Program-made: the position numbers and the translations under genes
DNA from: Bacilli bacterium
Lineage (GTDB): Bacteria; Bacillota_I; Bacilli_A; RF39; UBA660
Direction of reading: 5' to 3'
DNA: 64,000 bases
Assembly (NCBI GenBank): GCA_017435255.1
Contig: JAFSFI010000001.1
Location: 40,055-104,054 of the forward strand
Notes under the pieces: generated by a model
Told to the model about the DNA's origin: nothing
Databases searched by the model: none
The model's input: only the letters and a program-made list of their open reading frames with translations
In this document: one piece after another, positions 19,573 to 30,213 of the stretch
Layout of the letters: each line of letters begins with the position of its first letter
How positions within the stretch are numbered: the stretch's first letter is position 1

Positions 19573-20694
19573 ATGAGTATGAAGAAAAAATGGGGAATAA
19601 TATTATTGATTGCACTAGGAATAATATTAATAGGTTCTGCAATGTCGTTTATGAATACAAACATCGACAATAAGGAATCATCCAATAATGAAGAAGAAAA
19701 GAAAGAAGAAAAAGATAATATCGAAGACGAATCAAAAGAATTTAAATGGGGGACTTATGTACCTGTTCCTTATATAGATGAAAAATATGGTCAGATAGAA
19801 GTCACGGCTTACGGAATCGCATATTATGAAACAAAGGAAGGTGTTGAATTTAATAGCACCATTGAAGATATTGTGAGAAGATCAACTATTTCTGCATTTA
19901 GTAGTAGATTATCACGTTATAATAACAATAGTTATACTACGCTTCTTCAATCCTTTAATGATGATAAAGAGGAAATGTTGAAAAATATTAATGAAAACTT
20001 TGAAGATTATGGTGTTGAGCTTGTTGATATTAAAATAGAAGCAATCAATTTAACAGAAGAAAGTAATCAAAAAGTAAAAGAACAACAAAAGCAAGAACTA
20101 TCTAATGCTAATACTGGAAGTTATTCAGATAATTATACTAACAATATAAATAATTATAAAATTAAAGCAACTTCTACAATGAAAATGCAAGGAGTTGAAT
20201 ATATAACATTAATTGATGGTATATTAGATGAAAAAAATCAAAAAGAATATTTGAAAACAACGATATCCACTTCTGGCGTAGGCGTTGTTATGGAAACCTA
20301 TACAGATTTTCAAACTGGTTATACTTATTCTTCTGATACGCTTTCAAAACAATGGCAAAAAACCGAAGGCGCTAGTATGTTTATAGATTTAAAATCAATT
20401 ATGGAACAATTGGATAAAAACGAACATGTAATTAAAGTTAATGATAGTAAATATCAAATAAAATTAACAAAAGAAGAGGTTAATGAATTGGTAGGTTCCG
20501 AAGAAAGTCTTGGTTCAGTTGAAGTAACAAAAGACATTTATATTACTGTTTATGTAAGTAATAAATATATTACAAAACTAGAGTATGACTTTTCTGGGTT
20601 GATCACTGATGTAGAAAAATTTACTATGGTAATTGAGCTTCTTGATTTTAATCAAGCAGGAGAAGTTGCAATACCTAGTTCAGTAACAGGGTAA
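19573..20694 (+). CDS. Membrane-anchored fusion: SPFH (YdjI-like) domain + LolA/DUF6612-like domain
   Basis: TM; then KWGTYVPVPYIDEKYG..A.G and YGVELVDIKIEAINLTEE (SPFH); then a beta-rich domain ending FNQAGEVAIP. Confidence 0.55.
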   Translation: MSMKKKWGIILLIALGIILIGSAMSFMNTNIDNKESSNNEEEKKEEKDNIEDESKEFKWGTYVPVPYIDEKYGQIEVTAYGIAYYETKEGVEFNSTIEDIVRRSTISAFSSRLSRYNNNSYTTLLQSFNDDKEEMLKNINENFEDYGVELVDIKIEAINLTEESNQKVKEQQKQELSNANTGSYSDNYTNNINNYKIKATSTMKMQGVEYITLIDGILDEKNQKEYLKTTISTSGVGVVMETYTDFQTGYTYSSDTLSKQWQKTEGASMFIDLKSIMEQLDKNEHVIKVNDSKYQIKLTKEEVNELVGSEESLGSVEVTKDIYITVYVSNKYITKLEYDFSGLITDVEKFTMVIELLDFNQAGEVAIPSSVTG

Positions 20695-20759
20695 TAATTG
20701 AGACACTTAATATTAAGTGTCTTTTTTCGTTAAACTTTGAGCTTATTTCAAGCTATTTA

Positions 20760-20788
20760 TTGACTTGTATTTTCCTTTTATATATACT
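20760..20788 (+). promoter_or_regulatory. SigA promoter of the ABC transporter operon
   Basis: TTGACT-N17-TATACT. Confidence 0.65.
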
Positions 20789-20834
20789 GAATAAGTACAG
20801 TTATTAATATAATAGATTGTGTGGGGTGTAGAAA

Positions 20835-23021
20835 ATGTTAAAATTATTTAAATATTTAAAAAGTTCAATATTATCGATTTTAATAATTATTGTTTTATTA
20901 ATGTGTCAAGCTGGATTAGATTTATCTTTACCAGATTATACTTCTAAAATCATTAATGTAGGTATAGGACAATATGGGATAGAGGATTCAGTAGCAAAAG
21001 TTATTACAGAAGAAACACTTGATAATTTAAGTGTGTTTTTAACTGATGAAGAAGAATCCGTTATTAACAATAATTATATCTTATTAGAAAAAACAGAATC
21101 TAATATAAGAGAATATCCATTATTAAAGAAAGAAAATTTATTTATTTATAATGGAAAAGAAAGAGAAGAAGTAAATAAAGTATTAGAACATGCTTTTGCA
21201 CTATCTTATGTTAGTAATATGATATCTAATAATCCTGATAGTTCAGGTATTGTTATTCCAGAAGGATTATCTTTTATCGATATGTTAAAAATGATGGATA
21301 TAGATACTAGAGAAAGTATCATTTCTAATATAGATGAGAAAGTAAGCGAAATGCCCGAATCCATTTTAAAAAGTACGGCGATAGAAAATATAAAGTTAGA
21401 ATATGAGCATATTGGTATAGATTTAGGTAAGATGCAGACCAATTATATTTTAATAAGTGGAGCTAAGATGATTGGCATTGCACTATTAATTATGGCAGTA
21501 TCAATATCAATAATCTTCTTTGGTTCACGACTTGCAGCGCGACTTGCTAGAACACTAAGATCTAAGGTGTTTGAAAAAGTTGTAAAATTTTCTAAGAATG
21601 AAATGAAGAAGTTTGGTACATCATCATTAATTACTAGAACAACAAACGATATTCAACAAATTCAACAAGTTGTTGTTATGCTTATGAGAGTTGTTTTTTA
21701 TGCACCAATAATTGCCATAGGTGGAATAATTAAGACTACACGCGCAGATAATTCAATGTTATGGATTATTGTAATTGCGGTAGCAGCATTATTTATTATT
21801 GTAGGAACATTATTTATAACTGTAATGCCTAAGTTTAAAATCTTCCAATCTTTGATAGATAAGCTAAATTTAGTGTCAAGAGAAATCTTAACGGGAATTC
21901 CGGTTATTCGTGCATTCAGTAATGAACGTCATGAGGAAAAAAGGTTTGATGAAGCAAACACAAGACTTACTAAAGTTAATTTGTTTGTAAATAGAACAAT
22001 GGCTTTAATGATGCCCTTAATGATGTTACTTATGAACGTTGTTTGTATTGCAATAGTATGGTATGGTGCAAAAGGAGTAGATGCTGGTACTATTCAAGTG
22101 GGGGACATTATGGCATATATTCAATATACAATGCACATAATTATGTCTTTCCTAATGATATCTATGATTTCTATTATGCTACCAAGAGCAAGTATTTCTG
22201 CTAGAAGAATTATTGAAGTAATAGAGACTGAATCAACTATTAACGATTCTGAGACAACTAAAAAAGGAGATATTCAAAAAAAAGGAGTAGTAGAATTTAG
22301 AAATGTATGTTTTAGATATCCTGATGCTAAAGAAGATGTTATAACAGATGTTAATTTTATTGCTAATCCGGGTGAAACTGTAGCATTTATCGGTTCTACT
22401 GGTAGTGGTAAATCTACTTTAATTAACCTAATACCAAGATTTTATGATGTTACTGAAGGTGCTATTTTAGTTGATGGAGTAGACATAAGAAATATTAAAC
22501 TAAAAACGCTAAGAGATAAAATAGGTTACGTTCCTCAAAAGGGAATCTTGTTTAGTGGAACAATAGAATCTAATATTAAATATGGAAACGAAAAGATTAG
22601 TAAAGAAAAAATGATTGAAGCTGCAAGTATAGCTCAAGCTAGTGAATTCATTAATAAACTAGATAATAATTACGCATCTAATATTTCACAAGGTGGTACT
22701 AATGTATCTGGTGGTCAAAGACAAAGACTATCAATTGCAAGGGCAATCGCTACAGATCCTGAAATATACATATTTGATGATAGTTTTTCAGCACTTGATT
22801 TTAAAACAGATGCAAAACTAAGAAAAGAATTAAAAAAAGTAACTAAAAATAGTACAGTGTTTATTGTAGCTCAAAGAATTTCAACAATAATGCACGCTGA
22901 TAAAATAATAGTATTAGATGAGGGAAAAGTAGCAGGTATCGGAACTCATGAGGAATTAATTGAAAAGTGTAATGTATATAAAGAAATTGCGTTATCGCAA
23001 TTAAGTAAGGAGGAAATATAA
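20835..23021 (+). CDS. Heterodimeric ABC exporter subunit A (with large extracytoplasmic insert)
   Basis: SLITRTTNDI, GSTGSGKS, VSGGQRQRLSIARA, FDDSFSALD (degenerate site), AQRIS. Confidence 0.93.
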   Translation: MLKLFKYLKSSILSILIIIVLLMCQAGLDLSLPDYTSKIINVGIGQYGIEDSVAKVITEETLDNLSVFLTDEEESVINNNYILLEKTESNIREYPLLKKENLFIYNGKEREEVNKVLEHAFALSYVSNMISNNPDSSGIVIPEGLSFIDMLKMMDIDTRESIISNIDEKVSEMPESILKSTAIENIKLEYEHIGIDLGKMQTNYILISGAKMIGIALLIMAVSISIIFFGSRLAARLARTLRSKVFEKVVKFSKNEMKKFGTSSLITRTTNDIQQIQQVVVMLMRVVFYAPIIAIGGIIKTTRADNSMLWIIVIAVAALFIIVGTLFITVMPKFKIFQSLIDKLNLVSREILTGIPVIRAFSNERHEEKRFDEANTRLTKVNLFVNRTMALMMPLMMLLMNVVCIAIVWYGAKGVDAGTIQVGDIMAYIQYTMHIIMSFLMISMISIMLPRASISARRIIEVIETESTINDSETTKKGDIQKKGVVEFRNVCFRYPDAKEDVITDVNFIANPGETVAFIGSTGSGKSTLINLIPRFYDVTEGAILVDGVDIRNIKLKTLRDKIGYVPQKGILFSGTIESNIKYGNEKISKEKMIEAASIAQASEFINKLDNNYASNISQGGTNVSGGQRQRLSIARAIATDPEIYIFDDSFSALDFKTDAKLRKELKKVTKNSTVFIVAQRISTIMHADKIIVLDEGKVAGIGTHEELIEKCNVYKEIALSQLSKEEI

Positions 23022-24823
23022 TGGCAAGAGGACCTATGGTAAAGTCTATTGATAAGGCCAAAGACTTTAAAGGTACATTTAAAAAATTATTAAGCTATAT
23101 AAAGAAATATAGACTAGCAATATTTGCTGTTGTAATTTTCTCAGTATTAAGTACTATCTTTTCAATAGTTGGACCCAATATTTTGGGAGATGTAACAACA
23201 GAAATATTTAATGGTCTAGTAAATAAAATTACGGGTAGTGGAGAAATAAATTTTGATTTTATCAGAAATACATTATTATTGTTATTAGGATTATATGCTT
23301 TTAGTGCCTTTTGTACATTTATTCAAAACTTTATAATGAATACTATTACATGTAAAATATCATATAGCCTAAGAAAAGAAATAAGTTCAAAATTACATAA
23401 ATTACCACTTTCATATTTCGAGACTAGAACGCATGGTGAAACTTTATCAAGAATTACTAATGATGTTGATACATTTTCATCTAATTTAAGTCAAACATTA
23501 AGCCAAATAGTACACTCTATTGCTGTTTTAATTGGAACTATTGTTATGATGATAAGTATTTCTTCTAGAATGACTATTGCGTCAATTTTGTTACTTCCTA
23601 TATCGGTATTTGGGATGGGATTTATTATGAAACATTCTCAAAAATTTTTCACGAGGCAACAAAAGAATTTGGGAGATATGAATGGTATTGTTGAAGAAGT
23701 ATATGGGGGACATGATGTAGTTCAAGTGTTTAATTCAGAAGAAAAAGAAATTGAAAGATTCGAAGAAGTAAATAAAAAGTTATATGACTCGGGTTGGAAG
23801 AGCCAATTTGCTTCAACATCAATGCATCCTTTAATGAATTTTGTAGGTAATATAAATTATGTTTTTGTATCTATTTATGGGGGATATTTAACAATAAAAA
23901 ACAAAATTCAAGTAGGGGATATATTATCTTTTTCACAATATATAAAAAACTTAAATCGTTCAGTAAGTGATATTGCTCAAATATTTAGCATGTTGCAACC
24001 AACTGTAGCAGCAGCTGAAAGAATCTTTGATTTCTTAGAAGAACAAGAAGAAGTAAAGGATATTAAAGAATCACATTCTATTGAAGGCATAGAAGGTAAT
24101 GTAGAGTTTAAAAATGTTGAATTTGGTTATACTGAAGAAAAAACGGTTATTCATGGATTTAATGCTAAAGTTAAAAAAGGACAAAAAATCGCTATAGTAG
24201 GACCAACCGGTGCTGGAAAAACCACTATGGTAAAACTTTTAATGAGATTCTATGATATTAATAAAGGTAATATTTTAATTGATGGAGTAGATATTAGAAA
24301 GTTTAAACGAAGCGATTTAAGAAGCTTATTTGGAATGGTTTTACAAGATACATGGCTATTTAATGGTACTATAGCAGATAATATTAGGTATGGTAAACTA
24401 GATGCAGATATTGAAGAAGTAAAAGACGCCGCAAGAAGCGCTAGTGTTCACCACTTCATAAAAACTCTGCCTGATAATTACAATATGGTTTTAAATGAAG
24501 AAAGTGACAATATCTCTTTAGGTCAAAAACAATTATTAACCATTGCTAGAGTAATATTATCTGATCCTAAAATACTTATTTTAGATGAAGCTACTAGTAG
24601 TGTTGATACTAGAACTGAAGAGCTAATTCAGAAAGCGATGGATAAACTTATGGAAGGTAGAACTAGTTTCATAATCGCGCATAGGTTATCAACAATAAAA
24701 AATGCTGATCTAATATTAGTTATGGATAATGGTGATATTGTAGAACAGGGAAATCATGAAGAATTATTAAAGAAAAATGGTTTTTATGCTAAACTTTATA
24801 ATTCACAATTTGATATTGTTTAG
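23021..24823 (+). CDS. Heterodimeric ABC exporter subunit B
   Basis: GPTGAGKTT, ISLGQKQLLTIAR, LDEATSSVD, IAHRLSTI. Confidence 0.95.
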   Translation: MARGPMVKSIDKAKDFKGTFKKLLSYIKKYRLAIFAVVIFSVLSTIFSIVGPNILGDVTTEIFNGLVNKITGSGEINFDFIRNTLLLLLGLYAFSAFCTFIQNFIMNTITCKISYSLRKEISSKLHKLPLSYFETRTHGETLSRITNDVDTFSSNLSQTLSQIVHSIAVLIGTIVMMISISSRMTIASILLLPISVFGMGFIMKHSQKFFTRQQKNLGDMNGIVEEVYGGHDVVQVFNSEEKEIERFEEVNKKLYDSGWKSQFASTSMHPLMNFVGNINYVFVSIYGGYLTIKNKIQVGDILSFSQYIKNLNRSVSDIAQIFSMLQPTVAAAERIFDFLEEQEEVKDIKESHSIEGIEGNVEFKNVEFGYTEEKTVIHGFNAKVKKGQKIAIVGPTGAGKTTMVKLLMRFYDINKGNILIDGVDIRKFKRSDLRSLFGMVLQDTWLFNGTIADNIRYGKLDADIEEVKDAARSASVHHFIKTLPDNYNMVLNEESDNISLGQKQLLTIARVILSDPKILILDEATSSVDTRTEELIQKAMDKLMEGRTSFIIAHRLSTIKNADLILVMDNGDIVEQGNHEELLKKNGFYAKLYNSQFDIV

Positions 24824-24882
24824 AATTCCACAAAAGGGAATTCTTTTTTTATTATATAAATGCTAAAAATTGGTAGTAAATA

Positions 24883-24923
24883 AACATGCTTGTTCGATTG
24901 TTTTTGCATCGAACATATGTTAA
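24883..24923. promoter_or_regulatory. Inverted repeat with LexA (Cheo)-like box upstream of the RhuM-Fic gene
   Basis: TGTTCGAT-N9-ATCGAACA; overlapping CGAACATATGTTAA is one mismatch from GAAC-N4-GTTC. Confidence 0.35.
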
Positions 24924-25006
24924 AGTTAAGCTTGAAGTTATAGATATGTTTATATAACCACCAATATACTTATATTTTAACTTTAAAATAAAATAGGGGG
25001 TTATAT

Positions 25007-25951
25007 ATGAAAAACGAAATTATAATATTTGAAAATCAAAATGTAAAATTAGAAGTAAATATGAAGGATGAGACGGTGTGGTTGTCATTAGAACAAATAA
25101 GCACATTATTTGGAAGGGATAAATCAGTTATATCAAGACATTTAAAAAATGTGTTTAGTGAGGAAGAGTTAAATGAAACTGCAGTTGTTGCAAAATTTGC
25201 AACAACTGCTAATGATGGTAAAACATATAATGTTGAACATTACAATTTAGATGTTATTATATCTGTTGGTTATCGTGTTAAGTCTAAGAATGATATTTTA
25301 TTTAGAAAATGGTCTAATAAAGTATTAAAAGAGCATTTATTAAAAGGATATACAGTCAATGAAAAAAGATTAGAATTTTTAGAAAAGAAAGTAAAATTAA
25401 TTGATATAGCAACAAGAATTAATAAAGATTCTAACGATATTAAAGAAGTATTAGAGGTTATTAATAGCTTTTCGGAAGGATTAGATATACTAGATAATTA
25501 TGATCACAGAAGTTTTAAAAAGATAAAAGGAGCCTCATCAGATAAGAAAGTATCATATGATAATTGTTTAGAGATAATAAACCTACTAAAGTATAGTAGT
25601 GATTCTAATTTATTTGCGCTAGAAAGAAATAACGGATTAGAATCAATTATTAATAATATATATCAATCATTTGATGGAAAAGATGTATATGAAACTACTA
25701 TTGAGAAAGCTGCTAATTTTTTATATTTAATTGTAAAGAATCATGCGTTTATAGATGGGAATAAAAGAATTGCTGCAACACTATTTATTTACTTTTTACA
25801 TTTCTATAATATATTAACTATAGAAGGAAAAAATGTTATTGACAACAATACATTAGCAGCAATAACCCTTTTAATTGCAGAGTCTGATCCTAAAGAAAAA
25901 ATAATTATTATAGATTTAATACAAAATATGTTAGGGAATAGTTTGTCATAA
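25007..25951 (+). CDS. RhuM-like N-terminal domain + Fic/Doc domain protein
   Basis: ETVWLSLEQISTLF, YNLDVIISVGYRVKS (RhuM/Bro-like); HAFIDGNKRIA (Fic motif). Confidence 0.88.
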   Translation: MKNEIIIFENQNVKLEVNMKDETVWLSLEQISTLFGRDKSVISRHLKNVFSEEELNETAVVAKFATTANDGKTYNVEHYNLDVIISVGYRVKSKNDILFRKWSNKVLKEHLLKGYTVNEKRLEFLEKKVKLIDIATRINKDSNDIKEVLEVINSFSEGLDILDNYDHRSFKKIKGASSDKKVSYDNCLEIINLLKYSSDSNLFALERNNGLESIINNIYQSFDGKDVYETTIEKAANFLYLIVKNHAFIDGNKRIAATLFIYFLHFYNILTIEGKNVIDNNTLAAITLLIAESDPKEKIIIIDLIQNMLGNSLS

Positions 25952-25955
25952 AGAT

Positions 25956-25996
25956 AATAATATAAGAAAGGTAATTTACCTTTCTTATATTATTTT
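25956..25996. terminator. Long near-perfect palindromic terminator
   Basis: AATAATATAAGAAAGGTAA-T-TTACCTTTCTTATATTATT (19-bp arms). Confidence 0.75.
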
Positions 25997-26067
25997 AGAG
26001 TTAAAATTTACATATTAATATTGAATAAATAATATTATATAAACATACATATAAAAAAGTAATGATG

Positions 26068-26096
26068 TTGACAAAATTCTTTTTAACTAGTATAAG
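26068..26096 (+). promoter_or_regulatory. SigA promoter of topA
   Basis: TTGACA-N17-TATAAG. Confidence 0.7.
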
Positions 26097-26120
26097 TATA
26101 AAAGTGAAAGAGGTGTTTCT

Positions 26121-28145
26121 ATGACTAAAAATTTAGTAATTGTAGAGTCTCCAAGTAAAAGTAAGACGATAGAAAAATATTTAGGTAAAGACTATAAAGT
26201 GGTATCTTCCAAAGGACATATTAGAGATTTAGCTACTACTGGTAAGTTTGGATTAGGAGTAGATGTTGATAATAATTTTGAACCTAATTATATTCCTATA
26301 GCAGGTAAGAAAAAAGTTATTAGTGAATTAAAAAAAGATATAAAAGAGAGTTCTAAAGTATATCTTGCAACCGACCCAGACCGTGAAGGGGAAGCTATAT
26401 CATGGCATTTAAAAGATGCATTAGGTATAAAAGATAAAGATTATGAAAGAGTATTATTTCATGAGATTACAAAAGATAAAGTTATAGAAGCTTTTAAAAG
26501 TCCAAGAAAAATAGATGATAATTTAGTACATAGTCAAGAAACTAGAAGAATATTAGATAGAATAATAGGATTTAGATTATCTAGATTAATGCAATCTAAA
26601 ACGGGAGGTAAAAGTGCAGGTCGTGTACAAAGTGTTGCACTTAAACTAATCGTTGATAGAGAACGTGAAATAGAAAACTTTATTAAAGAAGAATATTGGA
26701 CTATTACGGGAATATTTGACGAACTAGAAGCTGATTTATTTAATTATGATCATAAAGATATAGAAATAAAGTCAGAAAGTGAAGCTGATGAAATATTAAA
26801 CAAATTATCAAAAGAGTTTGTTGTAGAAAGTATCGAATCCAAAAAGAAAAATAAAAAGGCTAGACCTCCATTTATTACTAGTACATTACAACAAGAAGCA
26901 TCAACTAAATTAGGTTTTACCGCTAAAAAGACTATGTCTATAGCGCAAAAGTTATATGAAGGAATTGACTTAGAAAATGAAACAACAGGTCTTATTACTT
27001 ACATGAGAACGGATTCTATTCGCTTAAGTGATGAGTTTATAAAAAGTGGATATGCATATATTGATAAAACTTATGGTAAAGAATATGTTGGATATGTAAA
27101 GACAGCTAAGAAAAAAGATAATGTTCAAGATGCTCATGAAGCTATTAGACCTACAAGTATTAATAGAGAGCCACTAACAATTAAAAAGTATTTAACTAAT
27201 GACGAATATAAATTATATTCCCTTATATACTATAGAGCACTAGCAAGTCTTATGGCAGATGCTAAAGTAGATGCTACTACTATAATTCTTGATAATAATA
27301 ATTATCAATTTAAAGCTACTGGTCAAATATTAATATATGATGGATATTTAAAAGTATATAAAGATTATGAGAAAAGTGAAGATAGAGTTTTACCAGTGTT
27401 AAAAGAAAATGATATATTAATATCTAATTCTATAGAAAAAAATCAACACTTTACTGCGCCTCCATCAAGATATACTGAAGCTAAGTTAATTAAAGAGATG
27501 GAAGATTTAGGTATTGGTAGACCTTCTACTTATGCTAAAACTATGGATACAATTAAAGAACGAGAATATGTTGTTTTAGAAGATAAGAAGTTTAAACCTA
27601 CTGTTATTGGTATTGAAACTACTGATAAATTACAAGAATTCTTTAGTGATTTAATAAATGTAGAATACACTGCGGAAATGGAAGAAGACTTGGATAAAAT
27701 TGCAGAAGGAAATAAAGAATCATTAAATATATTAAGAGCATTTTATGATAAATTTGAACCAGAAGTAGAATCTGCTTTTAAAAATATGGAAAAGAAAAAA
27801 GCAGAGGAAACGGGAGAGATATGTCCTAATTGTGGTAATCCACTAGTAATTAGAAAAGGTAGATATGGAGAATTTACGGCATGTAGTAATTATCCAGAGT
27901 GTAAATATATAAAGAAAGAAGAAAAAGAAATAAAAGAAGTTTGCTCTTGTCCAAAATGTGGAGGAACAATTATAGAAAAAAATACTAGAAAAGGTAAAGT
28001 GTTCTACGGATGTAATAACTATCCAAAATGTAAAGTAGCACTTTGGGATATACCAACAGGTAATGTTTGCCCAGAATGTGGAGAGTTATTAATTAATAAA
28101 AATAACATAACAAAATGTAGTAGTTGTAAATATGAAGAAAAATAA
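26121..28145 (+). CDS. topA: DNA topoisomerase I
   Basis: LVIVESP, ATDPDREGEAI, SAGRVQS, ITYMRTDS, GIGRPSTY, C-terminal zinc ribbons. Confidence 0.98.
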   Translation: MTKNLVIVESPSKSKTIEKYLGKDYKVVSSKGHIRDLATTGKFGLGVDVDNNFEPNYIPIAGKKKVISELKKDIKESSKVYLATDPDREGEAISWHLKDALGIKDKDYERVLFHEITKDKVIEAFKSPRKIDDNLVHSQETRRILDRIIGFRLSRLMQSKTGGKSAGRVQSVALKLIVDREREIENFIKEEYWTITGIFDELEADLFNYDHKDIEIKSESEADEILNKLSKEFVVESIESKKKNKKARPPFITSTLQQEASTKLGFTAKKTMSIAQKLYEGIDLENETTGLITYMRTDSIRLSDEFIKSGYAYIDKTYGKEYVGYVKTAKKKDNVQDAHEAIRPTSINREPLTIKKYLTNDEYKLYSLIYYRALASLMADAKVDATTIILDNNNYQFKATGQILIYDGYLKVYKDYEKSEDRVLPVLKENDILISNSIEKNQHFTAPPSRYTEAKLIKEMEDLGIGRPSTYAKTMDTIKEREYVVLEDKKFKPTVIGIETTDKLQEFFSDLINVEYTAEMEEDLDKIAEGNKESLNILRAFYDKFEPEVESAFKNMEKKKAEETGEICPNCGNPLVIRKGRYGEFTACSNYPECKYIKKEEKEIKEVCSCPKCGGTIIEKNTRKGKVFYGCNNYPKCKVALWDIPTGNVCPECGELLINKNNITKCSSCKYEEK

Positions 28146-28193
28146 TCCGTAAGGGTTATTTTTTTGCTGTAAATATATTTTGAAAGGCTTGAA

Positions 28194-28646
28194 ATGATTA
28201 CTAGTGCAGAGATCTGTTCTAAAGAGGGAAATATAAAAATACCAAAAGAAGATATTGAAACTATGATTTATAATCAATACCTAAAAGATAATTTTGAACA
28301 CCAGGATTTTATTTATACGCATTATATTGATTATGAGTTTAGTACATACATTAGATTTGTTTATAGCGATAATTATTACGTTTTGTTCTGTGATGTTGAA
28401 CCTCAAAATAAATATGAAAGTGTAGCAAAATCAGTTATAAAAGAAAAAGATTATATTAAAATAAAAGCAAAAGCTTATTTTCAAACAGAAGAAAGTATTT
28501 ATAGCGATTACGGTTTAACAAACAAAATTTCAGATAATCCAAGTGAAGATATGTTGAATTATATATCTGACGCAAGCGAATATGAATATATATATATATT
28601 AGATAATAATAACTATAAGTTAGAAAAAATAATAAGAATTAATTAA
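28194..28646 (+). CDS. Hypothetical protein; N-terminally truncated paralog of 33769..34740
   Basis: Aligns by eye with the C-terminal ~150 aa of 33769..34740 (IPKEDIE..QDF / ITTEQLN..QNF; IYSD..TNKIS / IYGD..NNLLS). No anchor; in-frame stop at 28170. Confidence 0.6.
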   Translation: MITSAEICSKEGNIKIPKEDIETMIYNQYLKDNFEHQDFIYTHYIDYEFSTYIRFVYSDNYYVLFCDVEPQNKYESVAKSVIKEKDYIKIKAKAYFQTEESIYSDYGLTNKISDNPSEDMLNYISDASEYEYIYILDNNNYKLEKIIRIN

Positions 28647-28769
28647 AAGAACCATATTATATGAAAGAGTGTAAAGAGATTTGCACTTTTTGTGATTTTT
28701 AAATTTTATGTATTGAATGATTAAAGATTTACATGTATAATAAAGCTAGAATAGAAAGTAGGCGAGGAA

Positions 28770-30185
28770 ATGAAGAAGAAATTGCTTTTTTTATTTGTCT
28801 TTAGTACGATATTGTTTTTTGTGGATTCTGACGTTTTTGCTACTATGAACTATAAAAATACGGAATTACAATGTATTTATGGTAATGGTGTTCAAGTAAA
28901 TATGAAATATGATAGAACAATTAATTCAAAGACAGATTTAGACCATATATCTATTACTTTGGCTGATTATCCAACTAATTCCACTGTAATATATGGAGAC
29001 GAAATTACTAATCCAGGTTTATTTGATTGTGATGGTGGATGTGTTCCTCAAATGCAAAAAGAAAATTTTAATGATCTAAAAACTTTGAGATGCCCCAGTA
29101 ATATCAAATTATGGAATGCAGTTATATACGAAAGGCAAGCTGATAGTTCAGAGTGGATAAGCAAAACAAAGGGTGTATATGCGTTTAGATACACTTATTC
29201 TTTTTTGGCTTCTGATTTTGGTAGCTCTTTTAATTCTTATGTTACCGATTATTATAAGGGGACGGATGGAAATGGTAGATTTGATGGTTTTGGATACAAT
29301 TTGTGGTGGAAATGGTACTCAAACCTTAATAAAATGACTCACTTGACGCCCATAAATGCAACTAATATTGTTGATAAAGGCAATGCTTATAATAAAGGTT
29401 ATAACTGGATAGCTATTCCTTTGGTAGCAGAGCGATTATATATTGTGGAAGATATAGGAGATGATTCTTATTCTCCTGCATTTAGAGTATATAGGGGTGA
29501 CGCTAATAAAGATGGTAAAGAGGATGATGCTCAAGCAGTAGGGGCAAACAAGTATGCGCAATTATATAAGGGTGATGGTGGTTCCTATTACTTGCATCTT
29601 GGAGATGCAATAACATCATTATCTTCAGATGAGGCGGAATTATTTAATAACGAGTATATCTGTCTTAAAGAGTCTATTGCCAGTGAAAACGCTTCACGTG
29701 GTGATGGTAGCCAATCTTTTTCAAGTTCAAGACATATAGTAGAATCAAGCTCTGCTAAAGCTAACTGTGACGAGGGATTTACTAAATATGTTAGAACAAC
29801 AAAAATATGTAAACCTCAAGTAACACCTTCGGCCGGATCGTTTTGTGATAAATATCCAAATGTGGCTTTTGTTTTGATTGATATCATACAAGTGTTACAG
29901 GTTCTAATTCCAGCCTTGGTTATAGTGCTTACAGGAATAGAAATAGGTAGAATTGTTGTAGCAGGTAATATAGAAGAAGAATTGCCAAAAAGGAAACAAA
30001 GTATGATTATAAGAGGTATTGTCATGGTTTCGTTTTTCTTCTTACCATATATAACACAATTAATCATTTCTTTAGCTGAGGGTGTGTCTATATTAGAAGT
30101 TAACTGCTTATTTGGAATTTCAAAAGATCCAGGAGAGCTTTCTGAAGAAGATTGTGAAGAAGCGGTTAAAACTGAAGAGGAATAA
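28770..30185 (+). CDS. Secreted Cys-rich protein with C-terminal VirB2/TrbC-like pilin domain (copy 1)
   Basis: Signal peptide; variable ~330-aa head; C-terminal FCD..P, helix-loop-helix (IPALVIVLTGIEI..GNIEEELPKRK..IIR..FFFLP) and VNCLF. Confidence 0.7.
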   Translation: MKKKLLFLFVFSTILFFVDSDVFATMNYKNTELQCIYGNGVQVNMKYDRTINSKTDLDHISITLADYPTNSTVIYGDEITNPGLFDCDGGCVPQMQKENFNDLKTLRCPSNIKLWNAVIYERQADSSEWISKTKGVYAFRYTYSFLASDFGSSFNSYVTDYYKGTDGNGRFDGFGYNLWWKWYSNLNKMTHLTPINATNIVDKGNAYNKGYNWIAIPLVAERLYIVEDIGDDSYSPAFRVYRGDANKDGKEDDAQAVGANKYAQLYKGDGGSYYLHLGDAITSLSSDEAELFNNEYICLKESIASENASRGDGSQSFSSSRHIVESSSAKANCDEGFTKYVRTTKICKPQVTPSAGSFCDKYPNVAFVLIDIIQVLQVLIPALVIVLTGIEIGRIVVAGNIEEELPKRKQSMIIRGIVMVSFFFLPYITQLIISLAEGVSILEVNCLFGISKDPGELSEEDCEEAVKTEEE

Positions 30186-30213
30186 AAAAGCTTAAATAAG
30201 GAGAGTGATGTAG

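Noticed and set aside
20835-23021. Long extracytoplasmic insert in the ABC exporter as a novelty
   Set aside because: Similar extended subunits are common in gut Firmicutes; nothing else unusual was seen.
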